Positions 13,540 to 26,444 of a stretch of DNA of 64,000 nt are shown piece after piece. This stretch comes from Octopus sinensis. Lineage: Eukaryota. The first letter of the stretch is position 1, and the number at the start of each line of letters is the position of its first letter. The stretch is taken from contig NC_042997.1 of NCBI RefSeq assembly GCF_006345805.1, positions 45,632,001 through 45,696,000 on the forward strand. The letters are read 5' to 3'. The notes beneath the pieces are model-generated. The model saw only the letters and a program-made list of their open reading frames with translations. It was not told where the DNA came from and ran no database searches. The translations under genes were made by a program, and so were the position numbers.

Positions 13540-14050
13540 ACGTATACATACATACATACATACACGCAAGCATACATATATGTATACATATATACATGCA
13601 TACATATATACCTATCTACCTACACATACATACAACATACATATATACATACACACATACATTCATACATACATACATACATACATACATACATACATAC
13701 ATACATACATACTTGCAAGCATACATATATGTATACATATATACATACATGCAAATACCTATTTACCTACATATACATACATACATACATACGTACATAC
13801 ATACTACATACATACATACATACATACACGCATACAACATACATACGTACATACATGCATACATACATACATACATACATACATACATACATACATACAT
13901 ACATACATACATGCATACAACATACATACATACATACATACATACATACATACATACATACATACATACATACATACATACATACATGCAAGCATACATA
14001 TATGTATACATATATACATACATGCAAATACCTATTTACCTACACATACA

Positions 14051-14084
<34 letters not shown>

Positions 14085-14425
14085 CATACATACATACATA
14101 CATGCATACAACATACATACATACATACATACATACATACATACACACATACATACATACATACATACATACATACATACATACATACATACACACATGC
14201 ATACATACATACATACACACATACACACATGCATACATACATACATACATACATACATACATACATACATACATACATACATACATACACACATGCATAC
14301 ATACATACATACACACATACACACATGCATACATACATACATACATACATACATACATACATGCAAGCATACATATATGTATACATATATACATACATGC
14401 AAATACCTATTTACCTACACATACA

Positions 14426-14459
<34 letters not shown>

Positions 14460-14512
14460 CATACATACATACATACATACATGCATACAACATACATACA
14501 TACATACATACA

Positions 14513-14545
<33 letters not shown>

Positions 14546-14575
14546 GCATGCATACATAACACATACATGCGCGCA
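13540..14575. repeat. (CATA)n array with higher-order units
   Basis: Variant block gcaagcatacatatatgtatacatatatacat...cctat.tacctacac recurs at ~13566, 13715, 13987 and 14363. Confidence 0.9.
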
Positions 14576-14713
14576 TATATACATGGTGGCTATCAAATCG
14601 AGGATGAATATACCCGTTGCTGACAAATTGTCTTACCCTACATGTTAAAGACAATGACAGTCACTCATGCCCATACAGAAATTTAAAGTCAATAACGGCT
14701 TGTATAATATACT

Positions 14714-15503
14714 AGCAGCATAGCCCGGCTTTGCCCGCGTATGTAAGAGCCCCTAATAGGCAACGACTAATCCCAATCTAGTCCTTTCCCTCTAGGGAAT
14801 GAAGGCGCATGTGTAGGTTGCAATGTCTTCTCTTCACTCCCAAATAACTATCAAACAGCTATCGATAATTCAACCCAACCAATTCCTATCAAGAAGAAAT
14901 TACATTCGAGACTTTACCCCCAACTTCTGCTAATAGCTGCTGCAGCTGCAAGTTATTCAAATACTTTTTTTGTTTACACTTTCTTTATAACTACCACCCC
15001 AAACGTTTTACCTTAAATGTTTGACGTACCCTAAGGGTCCTCGGACGCTACTTGCAAACTCTTGGTTTATTATAAACCGCTTTTGTCGTGTGCACCAAAA
15101 AACCTTTCCCATTCGTTTGTTCAGTTTGGTCACTTTTGACTTTTTCGTTGTTGTCACTCACATTGCTGCCCGCTTTTTTGCCGTTTTTGTACATTTTTAT
15201 ATATTTTGGGATACTTACCCCAACGTGTTCCGAGAGTTAAAAAGGTCGAGTTGCGTCCTCTAGACAGTCTGTAGAAAATGTGTTGCATATGAAAAGCTTA
15301 GATTCTCGACCCATGTCGAATTTATCGATTTTTTTTCAGAACTGGGGGAACTTTTCAAAATTTTCGCTGCGTTAGTTTTGAATTATGACATTGGGCTATG
15401 TGTGTGTCAAGTTTCATCAGAATTGGTTGAAAGCCGCGGTCAGGGTGAGGGTACAACCTAACAGACACGCAGACAGACAAACTGCCGTTTATATATAGAG
15501 AGA
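14714..15503 (-). mobile_element. Non-autonomous Helitron
   Basis: On the - strand: 5' A|TCTCTCTATATATAAA and 3' GC-rich imperfect hairpin plus CTAG|T; 3' end similar to the copies at 26049 and 53323. Confidence 0.75.
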
Positions 15504-15614
15504 TATTGACCTGTTCTCAGCCAGCGACGTGGCATCATTCGAAAATCAAAACAATGCAAAGTGCATGGTGACAAGCGATATGTAGCAACATCCGATAACC
15601 TGGCCGATTACGGG

Positions 15615-15695
<81 letters not shown>

Positions 15696-15789
15696 ATGTT
15701 TGTTTGTATGTATGTATGTATGTATGTATGTATGTATGTATTGTAAGCAGTTGGTAACGTTTATGTAGTAAACTATCATCAAAAGATTT

Positions 15790-18300
15790 GTCACTATATA
15801 AAAGGATAAAAATATTAAAAAAGTTTACTTGCTAGGTATATTAGCCTATTTGTACAAGAAATCCATTTTTTTTCTCTTTCTTTGTAGTAAAAATGTCAGT
15901 CACTTTTTCATAGAAATTGAAAGTAGGGGTCTCCATTTTGTTAAGTCTTTCCTTTTCAATGGATATTAAAGCAAGTAACGAAAAGTCTTTGATTTGTCAT
16001 TCTGTTCCTAGTGTAGCTCTTAATTCTTTTCAAAGCAGAAAACGACCTCTCCACAGAAAAAAAGTTGTAGCAGGAATTGTCAAGATTAATTGCAGCAACT
16101 GCACAGCTTCGGGGAACGTTTAGGTCAGTTTATTTTCAAATATAAAATCAAAATTTTTAACGGATTTATCTCGAAACACTTGTGCATTGTAAATTCCAGC
16201 TAAATCCGCTTTCAGTCTTATGATGTCGAAAAAGTTTCCATAGTTCTTTTCTAAACTTTCAAATGCATCCTTATCAACTTGACAAGCAAGATCTTGAAAT
16301 TTATTTTCATGAACTAATGAAACGAACTTCAAATTTTTGAAATCAGCAAGTCTTGTTCTTCAGTATGCCATCCAAAATTTCACCATATATTCCATTCTTT
16401 CTTCTTTAACTGAACCTTTCGTATGAGATTTTGATTTAGCTATTTTCTCTGCAACATTCTTCAAACTTTACATACCAATCCTCAAAATCTTTGCGTAGAT
16501 CCATTAATCGTCTCAGTGCAGTATGAAATGTCTATCATTTTGGTTTCTAGGACATTAAAAAGAGTGTCAGTTTTAATGAAAATCTCATTCTAAACCACCA
16601 GAAAAAAGTATGTTGAATCTTTTGTTAGCCACTCATAAAACCCATTGCTTCTCACTAAAGTATCTGGATTCCACAACATAGAATTATTGTTCACACTGTT
16701 GAAGAGTTTGCAAAAGTCAACATGGTATTGGAAAATAGTCTGGATCAGTTTTGAATTCGAACCCCATCTCGTTGGTACTGCCTTTGGAATGCGTTTTCTC
16801 ACTATCTCATCAAGAAGTTGCGTTCGTTTTGTAGAGTGATATAAAAATGAGGTAGAGTGCCTCACTGGTCTTGAAAAAGCTTGTACATTCAGGTAGGAAT
16901 TTTGTTGACTGAGATATAACAAGATTTATCTTATGAGCATAGTTGTAAATAAATCTGCGGGTGTCTTTTCTCTTACTTTAACTAGAACACAATTTAAGTT
17001 GGATGTTATCACTATTGCTCCATCGTACGTCTGTGCTACAAGTTTCTCACGACAGTCTAAATTATTAAATACACACTCTGCTACACTCCCAATAATTCTT
17101 TTCTTAAGAATGTCAAATCCTATTAAAACTTTTTAGATATCAGAGTCCAACACGAACCTCTGTACTGATGAACACTGAGCTGTGCAAGAAATAGCAGTCG
17201 TTTCATCCACTGCTATGGCAATGAACGAATCTTATGCGACTTCTTTAATATTATTTTCTACGATCGTGCTTACTACTTCTACTAAGTCATTTTGTATCTT
17301 ATTAGAAAGGCCATGAAAAACTGATGAATCCTGTAAATATTGTGTGCCAATTTGTCATCCAATTTTGTAGTATAAGTTCAGTAACTCAACATAGTTTCCG
17401 CGACTTAATGATGATTTCTGTTCATTATTTCCCCGAAAAGCAAGTTCCTGTTTAATCAAGAAACAAATAACGCAAATCAATTTTTAAAAATATATCGCTG
17501 TTCTCTTTAACCTTTTTATAGTGAACTTCAACGCTGACAGACTTCTGTTTAAGAGCAAGTCGATTCGCGTAGATCTAAATATTTTCAATGATATTTGGCT
17601 TCCATAATGTGCTGCTGATCGCTCGTGTTTTGGGCAAATTATTTAAATCACAATATCCTTCTTTTACCCACACACTTTCACTAGATACAGAAAATAGCAA
17701 ACATGGGAAACAAAAGAGCCTTTTTGTTGTACTACAGCCGTACAACCACTCTTTCTTGCTGTACTAAGCAGTTTGAAATGTTCTAATAATTGTTGTACCT
17801 TTCTGTTGTTTTAGGTCCATAAATTCTAGTGTTAGTCTACCATTTTTGTAATAATTTGTCTCTTTTCTTCATGATCTAGTTTTGTAGATGACTTAAGATA
17901 GTCACTATCCATTGCTGGAAATGAGAAAAAATGTAAATAAGTAGAAATGAGATAGAACTGAAAGAAAAACACACAAACACTAAGTGAAACACAGGCGCGC
18001 GACTGAGCTGAAGGCAGATATACTTCTGCCTTTATAGCACGTAAAGAAATCAGTGCTGTAGGAGTGTACGCAGCACGTATACTACAGCAGTACTAAGCAT
18101 AGCTTAAATACTGAGATTGAAAATCAGGGGTGAATTATGCCTGTTTAAACTACAAAGGAAAGAAGGAAAAAAATCTTGCATTTTATGTATCGTAATCAGA
18201 GTAACCTTCATAATTTTATTGAATTAGGTGCATATTTTAGGTGCATATAAAAGGAAAATGTTGCTATCGATCTATTTCATTGACTACTTTGCATACCTAG
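15790..18300 (-). mobile_element. Degenerate hAT transposon (TTF zinc finger/DUF4371, ZMYM1-like transposase)
   Basis: WLYGCSTTKRLFCFPCLLF (TTF finger), KQELAFRG, AVDETT, QTYDGA, KRIPKAVPTRWGS, and LILTIPATT..VERSFSALKRIKSY (dimerisation domain); many stops and frameshifts; termini approximate. Confidence 0.9.
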
Positions 18301-18309
18301 ACGGCTGAT

Positions 18310-18370
<61 letters not shown>

Positions 18371-18372
<2 letters not shown>

Positions 18373-18793
18373 AAAGTTCTGTATACATGTGGGATAGGTA
18401 TATAAGAAAGAAAAGAAATGTAAAAGTCACAGAAAGTTTGTATAATAAAATTTATGGTGGTATAGGAAATATTATATCATTACATCATTACATCATTACA
18501 ATTAAATAAGTACCGGTTTCACGATCAACTTATATATAGAGAAAACTTTTTGGCTGTCGATAGGACGCCATCTTTGAATAAAAAGCAGAGATGAAGCAAT
18601 ATGTCAAGGGCAGCAACTCTTATTTTTACATGAAGCTCTTCAGCGTTTTTGGTTGGTATACAGCTGCAGGAGTTATTTCATGTTACACACAGTTAATTAT
18701 ATTACCGTACTAGGTTTTAAAGATTAAGCAGTAATGTGTGAATGAGTGTATATGCATATATTTTATGCTATAACATCTCATTTTCTCTCTTGC

Positions 18794-18886
<93 letters not shown>

Positions 18887-19309
18887 AAAGTTCTGTATAC
18901 ATGTGGGATAGGTATATAAGAAAGAAAAGAAATGTAAAAGTCACAGAAAGTTTGTATAATAAAATTTATGGTGGTATTAGGAAATATTATATCATTACAT
19001 CATTACATCATTACAAATTAAATAAGTACCGGTTTCACGATCAACTTATATATAGAGAAAACTTTTTGGCTGTCGATAGGACGCCATCTTTGAATAAAAA
19101 GCAGAGATGAAGCAATATGTCAAGGGCAGCAACTCTTATTTTTACATGAAGCTCTTCAGCGTTTTTGGTTGGTATACAGCTGCAGGAGTTATTTCATGTT
19201 ACACACAGTTAATTATATTACCGTACTAGGTTTTAAAGATTAAGCAGTAATGTGTGAATGAGTGTATATGCATATATTTTATGCTATAACATCTCATTTT
19301 CTCTCTTGC

Positions 19310-19313
<4 letters not shown>
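18371..19313. repeat. Tandem duplication of a ~428 bp unit (18371-18797 and 18885-19313)
   Basis: Units look identical apart from two 1-nt indels; joined by (CA)n(TA)n. Confidence 0.95.
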
Positions 19314-19362
<49 letters not shown>

Positions 19363-19599
19363 AAACACACACACACACACACACATATATATATTTATAT
19401 ATATATATATATACATACACATATACATACACATATACATACACATACACACATAAGTGTGAACAGTAATTTATACCTAAATTTGTGGTTGGCATACATA
19501 TATAACTTTTTTGTATATGATGAAATTCCGTAATTGAATAAAATAAATCAGTCCAATAGAAAATGAAAATGAACGATAACGCAATTTCCAAAGTATGAA

Positions 19600-20962
19600 T
19601 ACTTTCTCCATAAGAGTCATGTCAGACCTCTCATGACTCAGGTTTGAATATGAATGGGTAACCAGGAGTCAAGTAATTGACAATTAGTAATACAATTAAA
19701 ATGGATTGGTGTTTAGTTCAGGTTTGTACTATTGGATGAAATATGTCTCTTTATTGAGTCGGGTTTGTGTAGAAGTCCAGTCAGTAAATTTATGTAGAGG
19801 AAAAATAATGAATTTAGGTTGTATTTGTTTCGTACATACGTCGAAACAAATACTGAGATAAATTTGACGGTATTGTGGTGAGGCTATCTGTTGACGATGA
19901 ACCGTACAACGTTGACAGATAGTTTTCCCCGTGCTACCGATATAGTCTTTCTGGCAGCCCGAGCATCTGATTATGTAGATCAGATTTTTGGATGCACAAG
20001 TGAAATTTGATTTAATTATAAAGTGTTGCCCTTTTTTAATATAGTATTCTGACCCTTCCAAAAGGTTGGGGTATGTGCCTCAGTTGGGGCGATTACATTT
20101 TTTTTTACTTTGGGGCTGGTTGTGGAGGGGAATAATTTTGCATTAGTTAGCAGTTTCTTTGATGACTTAGGTTGTTTGTTACTTTTGACAATTTTAATGT
20201 CACGTAAAATTCTTTTTAGTTTTGGGTCCTTGTGTAGGCATTGTATGAATGTTCTGAATTCTTCTTTGTTTCTGGGGTTGTATGTGGAAATATAGGGTAG
20301 TGTTTTAAGGAGAGGTTTCTTAATGTCTTTGTTTTTTCTTAATATCTCGGTGCTGATAGATTTGGCACGTTTTATTCCTTCATTAATGAGTTGGATTGGG
20401 TAGTGTCTATCCAGGAGGACGTTTTACAGTTCTTGTAGTCTTAAATCTCTAGTTTTTTTTCTCTGAGACAGTAGTGCAGATTCTTCTTGCAAGATTGAAG
20501 GGGATATTTGTTTTTGTGCATATAGGATGGCAAGAGCTAAAGAGAAGGTATTGGTTTGCATCTGTTGTTTTATAAAATATGTCTGTTTCGATTTTGTTGT
20601 TGTTTGTTGTTTTTAATTGTAATGTCTATGAATGAAATTGCCTCCTGGTGGTATTCCATGGTGAATTGAATGCTTGTGTGGATGCTGTTCAGAAGTGTTT
20701 TAAATTCTAGGAGTTTGTATAAGATACCTGGATAACTGTTTCATGAAACAGTCATCCAGGTATCTCTTCCAATTCTCTTTAATGTATTGGGCGAGAGGGT
20801 CTCCAAATTGTCGCAGTGAATTCTGATATATTTTCTTCTCTACGAATCCCATTGTGAGGTTGGCAATGGTAGGTTCTGCTCTCGTGCTCGTCGCAATTCC
20901 TGATATTTGGCGGTAGCAGTTGGTGTCAAAAATGAAATGACTATTCTAGAGAATAAATTTAA
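19600..20962 (-). mobile_element. Penelope-like element, 5'-truncated (RT C-half plus GIY-YIG endonuclease)
   Basis: YRQISGIA...PTIANLTMGFVE, WKRYLDDCF, IQFTMEY, TDIFYK, then FTCASKNLIYIIRCSGCQKDYIGSTG (GIY-YIG with CxxC), ending KPELN; contains frameshifts and stops. Confidence 0.93.
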
Positions 20963-21228
20963 TCAATCTAATCAGTTAAATTCATTCTCCAGAATAATCA
21001 TTTCACCTGACAGTAAATCAAAACCATTTAATTCCAACATTTATTTATGTTTAACAATTGAATCGATTTAATAAAAGCATCTTAATATGAAACATCATGA
21101 AAATTGTTCAAACTAAAGTCCTTCTTGACCGACACATTTTTCCATTCGAGTCAATATAGAATTACAGATAGTATTTATGGAAACTTGATTTACTATCGGA
21201 TGGCTTTTGGGAAGCCCTACATATATAT

Positions 21229-21264
<36 letters not shown>

Positions 21265-21518
21265 ATCAACAAATAAGGGTGAGAAAACTGGATACTAATT
21301 TAATAGTACATCCATTTAACACCAAGTGGCTTAGTGCATAAAAACCCGGAATACGATAAATTTTATACATAAATATAAGAGAGTAACCACTGTGTGGTCG
21401 ACTCTAGCACTAAAAATAGATCCGCTAGGTTTCAGCCACAAAGAATTGTTTCGATGAAATTTAGCACGACTACTAGCGCAAACGAACAGGGCAAATAAAA
21501 ATAACAAAAATGTAGATT

Positions 21519-21597
21519 AGTTCAGGACAATTGTTTCGCTATTAATTAATTATGTAATTTTACTCACACAACATATCTGTAGCTCTTCAGCCGAACC
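21519..21597 (-). ncRNA. Minimal type I hammerhead ribozyme (left palindrome arm)
   Basis: Mirror copy of 21747-21825 with core, stem I, proximal stem II and stem III intact. Confidence 0.8.
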
Positions 21598-21746
21598 CGT
21601 CCAGAATACAATTTACTCAACCGCACGCTAGAGGGCTGTGGCAGGGGCACTTGAATTATAACAGCAAGTGCAATCGACTGAACCGCACCTGTGTTTGTCG
21701 TTATCGCAAAATCTAGCGTGCGGTTGAGTAACTTGTATTCTGGACG

Positions 21747-21825
21747 GGTTCGGCTGAAGAGCTACAGATATGTTATGTGAGTAAAATTACATAATTTATT
21801 AATAGCGAAACAATTGTCCTGAACT
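21747..21825 (+). ncRNA. Minimal type I hammerhead ribozyme (right palindrome arm)
   Basis: Stem I GGUUCGG/CUGAACU (7 bp), core CUGAAGA, stem II GCUA/UAGC, GAAA, palindromic stem III ACAAUUGU, cleavage triplet GUC (after 21818). Confidence 0.85.
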
Positions 21826-22061
21826 AATCTAAATTTTTGTTATTTTTATTTGCCCTGTTCGTTTGCGCTAGTAGTCGTGCTAAATTTCAATTCTTTGTGG
21901 CTGAAACCTAGCGGATCTATTTTTAGTGCTAGAGTCGACCACATAGTGGTTACTCTCTTATATTTATATATATATATATATGTATATAAATTAGAAAAAA
22001 CCCCACCTTTTATCAATTCAACAAGGAAAAATTAAATTACACCATTTAGAAAAATTACACA

Positions 22062-22107
<46 letters not shown>

Positions 22108-22182
22108 ATATTTTGTGAAATTTGATTTAGTATTTCTAAATTGAATTTTTCCCTGTAAGTTTGGAATAATATTCCCTCATAT

Positions 22183-22214
<32 letters not shown>

Positions 22215-22261
22215 ATACTACTACTACTACTACCATATATATATATATGTATATATATATA

Positions 22262-22492
22262 TATTTCTTTACTACCCACAAGGGGCTAAACACAGAGAGT
22301 ACAAACAAGGACAGACAAACGGATTAAATCGATTACATCAACCCCAGTGCGTAACTGGTACTTAATATATCGACCCCGAAAGGATGAAAGGAAAAGTCAC
22401 CTCGGCGGAATTTGAACTCAGAACGTAACGGCAGGCGAAATACTCCTTAGCATTTCACCCGGCGTGTTAACGTTTCTGGCAGCTCGCCACCC
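22262..22492 (-). mobile_element. SINE family 2
   Basis: Reverse complement reads ggcgagctgccagaaacgttaacacgccggg...gagttcaaattccgccgagg. Confidence 0.85.
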
Positions 22493-22908
22493 ATATATAT
22501 ATATAAATGGCTGCGTAGTTCGGCTGTGGAGTTATCAAGTATAGCAGAGCTACGTTGTTTGGCTCAGTCGAGGTCACCAGTTGCAACGGTTAAATGTAAC
22601 AGTCGGTTTGTCGCGCTGGCCAGTTGTAACGCTTTGGTGTAACTAGTAGATTGGGGCAAATTGAGATGGGTAGCATTTGAAGAAGAACTATAAGTTGCGG
22701 AGTCAATTGTTTCTGGATGTGGGAAATATATTGACGAACGGAATAGTTCATATTTATCCTAGATTTAATTCAACAGTGATAAAGTTTAACCTCGGCGAGT
22801 TGGAACTAAGTACAAATGTTAGTCAATTTTAATGGCGATTCTTGTGCAGCAGTTGTGGAAACTTGCGACTAAGCTGATGCGAATCTCGTGCGAAGTTGCC
22901 AGTCTGTA

Positions 22909-22977
<69 letters not shown>

Positions 22978-23596
22978 TGTGTGATGTGTGTATGTGAAAG
23001 CTAAGTCTTTAATTTTCCTGATGGTAGATATAAACTGTAAGCAAATAGGGGAAGAAAAGAGAGGGAAGGAGAGGGAGAGAGAGAGAGAGAGAGAGTGTTA
23101 ATTCATCATAAATTGCCGAGAAAAGTGGATGATTGTGTTTTTTTTTATATAGGTAACTTGAATTTATAGTTGCCCTAAAGTTGAACTAGGTCATTGACAA
23201 TAGAATTTGATGAGATATCTAAATTGAATTCTGTATAACCTAAGATAGTGGAGAATTTGACAGGTTGAAACTAATAAATTCTAACTTCAAATTCCAAGAA
23301 CAATGGAAATTAACACGAAGACCGTAGTTTCGATTCTTGACTATAGATTCAGTGTGTATCTCCAACACACACACATACACTTACATACACACACACTCTC
23401 AGACACATAGACGCGTATATACTCGAACATACACATTTACACTCGCGCATGCTCGCACACGTACATACGAAGGAGGGAACAGACGAAAGTCGGTTACACG
23501 TTTGATTGGATTTACCTGCATTTCATAACAGTTTTTAATTCAGCAGCACATTACTTAGTTTCGCGGGCTTAGGACACGAAATAATAACAATAACAC

Positions 23597-23637
<41 letters not shown>

Positions 23638-23649
23638 GTAATAATAATA

Positions 23650-23828
23650 ATAATCCTTTCTACTATAGGCACAAGGCCTGAAATTTTGTGAGAGAGGGAT
23701 AGTCGATTACATCGACCCCAGTACTCGACTGTTATTAGTTTTACCGACCCCGAAAGAATGAAAGGCAAAATCAACTTCGGCGGAATTTGAACTCATAACG
23801 TAACGTTTCGTCCAAGCTCGCTGCCTTA
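23650..23828 (-). mobile_element. SINE family 2 with (TAA)n tail
   Basis: Homology to 7065-7268; tail repeat at ~23580-23652. Confidence 0.8.
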
Positions 23829-23834
23829 ATGATG

Positions 23835-24115
23835 ATGACTTTTTTCCGAACGAAAATAAGGGATTTGCAGCATATTAGGAGGTCAGGGTACTTGATTCAA
23901 CGCAAAAAATCCGATTTTTTTTTCTTTGTGAAAATCGTGCGGGTGTTACTCGAAAAATTTACCCGAGTTCTTTTACAGGGCTTAGAAAAACTGAAGGACT
24001 TCTGCAATAAGTATGTGAATTTGAGAGGGAAATATATTGAATTAAATCATAATTAACTGATCCTGATGCATTTTCTTTTTACCAAGGTCAGGAACTTTTC
24101 ATCCCCAGCCACACT
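23835..24115 (+). mobile_element. mariner transposase C-terminal remnant
   Basis: QGLEKLKDFCNKYVNLRGKYIE matches the mariner C-terminus (GIxxLxxRWxKCVxxxGxYVE). Confidence 0.65.
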
Positions 24116-24489
24116 TCTTAGAACCATGGTTCACTCGATAGTCAGTGGTTTTAAGCTAGCTACAAAAGGAGACAAATGATTTTGCCACATGTTGCTATTT
24201 GCATGGATACATATTTATTCTTAATAAGTTTCGGCAGATTTAAACGTAAATATTATCAGTTGGCGGATGTCGGCACAGATCAGCAAAGGGTTTGTTTTCT
24301 GACATCATAAATAAGTCCATCGGCTCTTGTCAGATTCGTTATTCCGGGTACTTCTTGTTGTGTGAAACTCATGTCCAAACGCCGAAGACCCAGAATCCTT
24401 TGCACTAATGAAATATGTACACATATTTGTTGTGGAAGAGGATATGTTCTCCTCTGACGACTACAACATCAATTAACATATTTGAGTTC

Positions 24490-24612
24490 GAATCTGTCAG
24501 AACGTATTAAGAATAAATATACAAGTTATTATAAATCCTCCACTGAAGATGGAGCCAGTTTCCAACAAAGATACAAGGCTCCATCTTTGGGATGTAGATA
24601 ACATAGACAAAT
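24490..24612 (-). mobile_element. 3' UTR fragment of the R4-like family seen at 6180-6548
   Basis: Reverse complement tatctacatcccaaagatggagccttgtatctttgttggaaac matches ~6457-6510. Confidence 0.7.
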
Positions 24613-25779
24613 TCACTTCTGGAGCTTTAGAAAAGTCTTGCATATTTTTACTGTTTCACTCACAGATTGGACTTGTAATGTCTATATGTCTCTATGTGTA
24701 TCTCTCTCTCTCTCTATCTATCTATCTATTTATCTATACATACATACATACATGCATACATACATACATACATACATACATACATACTATATATATATAA
24801 ATTTCATTTTGGGATTTTGCTTGCAAGATTCTTTATATGAGTTCGTGTGTTGAAGCATATTCTGTTGTGTCTGGGGAGAGTTGTGTGTTGGTGTGTTAAA
24901 TAATAAGGCACTAAAAGAGAATGACTCTCCCCAGACACAACATTATATATATATATATACAAATAGATAGATAGATTTAGATTGATAGATAGATATGTAT
25001 ATATTGAAATATATCAATACAGATATAGTTATATATTATATACACACACGCACACACATACACGTATACACACATACACATGCACATGCACCCACTCGCA
25101 TACACACATGTACACACACACGCACACATTTATGTATGCGGAATTCTAAATAATAATATCCTTCTTTACACTTTTATTGATATTTCTATTCATTTCAAAA
25201 ACAGACTACAATACTTATCTCTTGTATTTAGCAGTTTAAATAGAGCTTCCGCTTCACCGCTGCTTCATGCTACAAGCCACAATGTCCGGGGTTGGGAGAC
25301 CTATCTGTATATGTTTAGAGTCACATAATTCGCTTTTCAGCCTTTTAGAAATAGCAGTAAAATGTTCTGAAACCACACCCTGGCGTCTTACAAAATCTAT
25401 TTTCGATAATGTAGTCCTGACTTCCATGCACTTATAACTGATAGTCACAAAAGAAAAAAAAATTGATTTCCTTGAATAACCGTTTTATTATTGCTTCAAT
25501 TACACATCATTTTAAATAGATGGAGATATAAATATTTCAACCAAAATCGTATAAAGTCATACATTCGAAATTTTGGCAAATATTAATGTCTTTATGTTCC
25601 TTCCTCATAATTATTGGTTACTATAATATTCGTTTATTACCGTGTATGTGTGTGTGTTTGTACGTGTGTATGTGTGTATATAGCCCTAGGAGTCATAAGG
25701 CTGGTTACCCGGTTTCTATATTGTATACGTGACCGAGATTACATTTCCCTGAACGGGACGCCTATCCGTTGCAGGGTTC

Positions 25780-25975
25780 AAGGCTAGGAATTTTGAGGGT
25801 AAGGGGTAAATCAATAACATCAGCCACAATACTTAACTGATACTTCACTTCAACGACCTCGATGCGATGTAAGGCAAAGTTGGCCGAAGCAGGATTTGAA
25901 CTCAGAATGTAAAAAAAAACCAGAAGTGCCGTTTAGTATTTAGTTCGACGTGATGATGATTCTGCTAGCTCACCT
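25780..25975 (-). mobile_element. SINE family 2, degenerate
   Basis: ggatttgaactcagaatg...attctgctagctcacc. Confidence 0.6.
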
Positions 25976-26048
25976 TATACGCCCCACCCCACACCACCCA
26001 GACGGAACGAACATTGAAAGTCGAACATTAGCAACTGAACAATAAAAA

Positions 26049-26440
26049 TCTATACATATAAAACTGTAGTTGTGTGAGTGTCTGTCCCCTTCGATTTAGA
26101 TTCTTAACTACTCCCACATTTTGCGGTGCAGTGTAACCAAAACCGGGTATCTTATAGTCGTGATTCATATCGAGCCCTTCTGGCTATTAGCGCTTGTCTA
26201 CGATGAGTCTACGATTTTAAAAATAATTTACCATCATTTTTTTCCATTTTAATGCAATTTTTTAAAGGGAAGTAACTCTCTAAAAATGTCTACGATGAGT
26301 CAACGACTTTTAAAAAAATTTACCATCATATTTTTTCCATTTTTAATGCATTTGTTTGCTATTTTTTGGCTATAACTCTCTAAAAATGCTGTATAGTTAT
26401 TTCCCTTACAAACCCGAGCAACGCCGGGCGATACTGCTAG
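26049..26440 (+). mobile_element. Non-autonomous Helitron
   Basis: A|TCTATACATATAAA ... CCCGAGCAACGCCGGG hairpin ... CTAG|T; carries an internal ~93 bp duplication absent from the 53323 copy. Confidence 0.85.
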
Positions 26441-26444
26441 TAAC

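Larger units (their letters stand above)
21369..21967. repeat. Long inverted repeat: arms 21369-21632 and 21712-21967, 79 nt spacer
   Basis: Arms are near-exact reverse complements with a few substitutions and one ~8 nt indel; right arm ends in (TA)n. Confidence 0.95.

Noticed and set aside
13427-14654. Long ORFs of 276-398 aa (HTYI/MYVC repeats) and all similar ORFs in the track
   Set aside because: Stop-free translations of (CATA)n, (TA)n, (CA)n, (TATC)n and (TAA)n microsatellites; not evidence of coding
24180-24420. Possible - strand exon
   Set aside because: All frames stop within about 40 codons and no homology was recognised
24543-24595. CTGAAGA followed by a 9 bp hairpin as a hammerhead
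   Set aside because: No GAAA or stem III follows; the sequence is the reverse strand of an R4-like 3' UTR
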